DNA of 64,000 nucleotides from Macrostomum lignano (Eukaryota): NCBI GenBank assembly GCA_002269645.1, contig NIVC01000020.1, positions 372,001 to 436,000 of the forward strand, read 5' to 3'. Shown piece by piece: positions 63,831 to 64,000 of this stretch (position 1 is its first letter; each line of letters starts with the position of its first letter). The notes under the pieces were generated by a model. It saw only the letters and a program-made list of their open reading frames with translations, ran no database searches and was not told where the DNA came from. The position numbers and the translations under genes were made by a program.

Positions 63831-64000
63831 GTTGAATTTTCTCAAAAACCCTATTTTACCAGGTGCTTTAAAAGCTGCGTGCAGCGCATCAGGAAGTGCG
63901 GATCGTATTCGATGGGGATTACATTTGAGAGACTGGATTGAAGTGCTGATATCTAAGGCACTGCCCACTTTTATCTGCTTACTTTCTAACACTTTCTACA

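Overview
Animal genomic DNA, very rich in repeats, with GC-rich intron-poor genes and TTAGGG tracts. This style fits a flatworm such as Macrostomum, but the species cannot be proven from the sequence. 1-13.5 kb: two head-to-tail Helitron-like units with long purine-only (AG-rich) tracts. The first unit carries a Penelope-like retroelement (PLE, minus strand) anchored in (TC)n. The PLE has a pseudo-LTR, two minimal hammerhead ribozymes, an ORF1 with an apparently inactive SGNH-like domain, and an RT/GIY-YIG ORF that appears to be reached through an A_AAA_AAC -1 slippery site. 15-22 kb: a 4-exon Src-family kinase, a long-TIR mariner MITE, an intronless coiled-coil/glycine-hairpin ORF resembling alpha-pore-forming toxins or ApoL, and a tRNA-derived SINE. 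24-36 kb: a decayed Mag-clade Ty3/gypsy element. Its 5' LTR is split by a 3.4-kb Helitron, its integrase is replaced by a 28-bp satellite, and its 3' half is inverted. 36.7-52.7 kb: six co-oriented intronless genes (MyTH4-FERM protein, TMEM101, NDUFA1, KIAA1328/hinderin, C2H2 ZNF, HDHD3), with minisatellite arrays in most of the spacers. 54.8-59.4 kb: a 1525-aa intronless orphan with tandem CBM20-like repeats. The window ends with MITE, LINE and mariner remnants. Several single-base frameshifts, some in homopolymers, suggest long-read consensus errors, which limits frame-dependent conclusions. All family calls are from motif recognition by eye; no database search was run.
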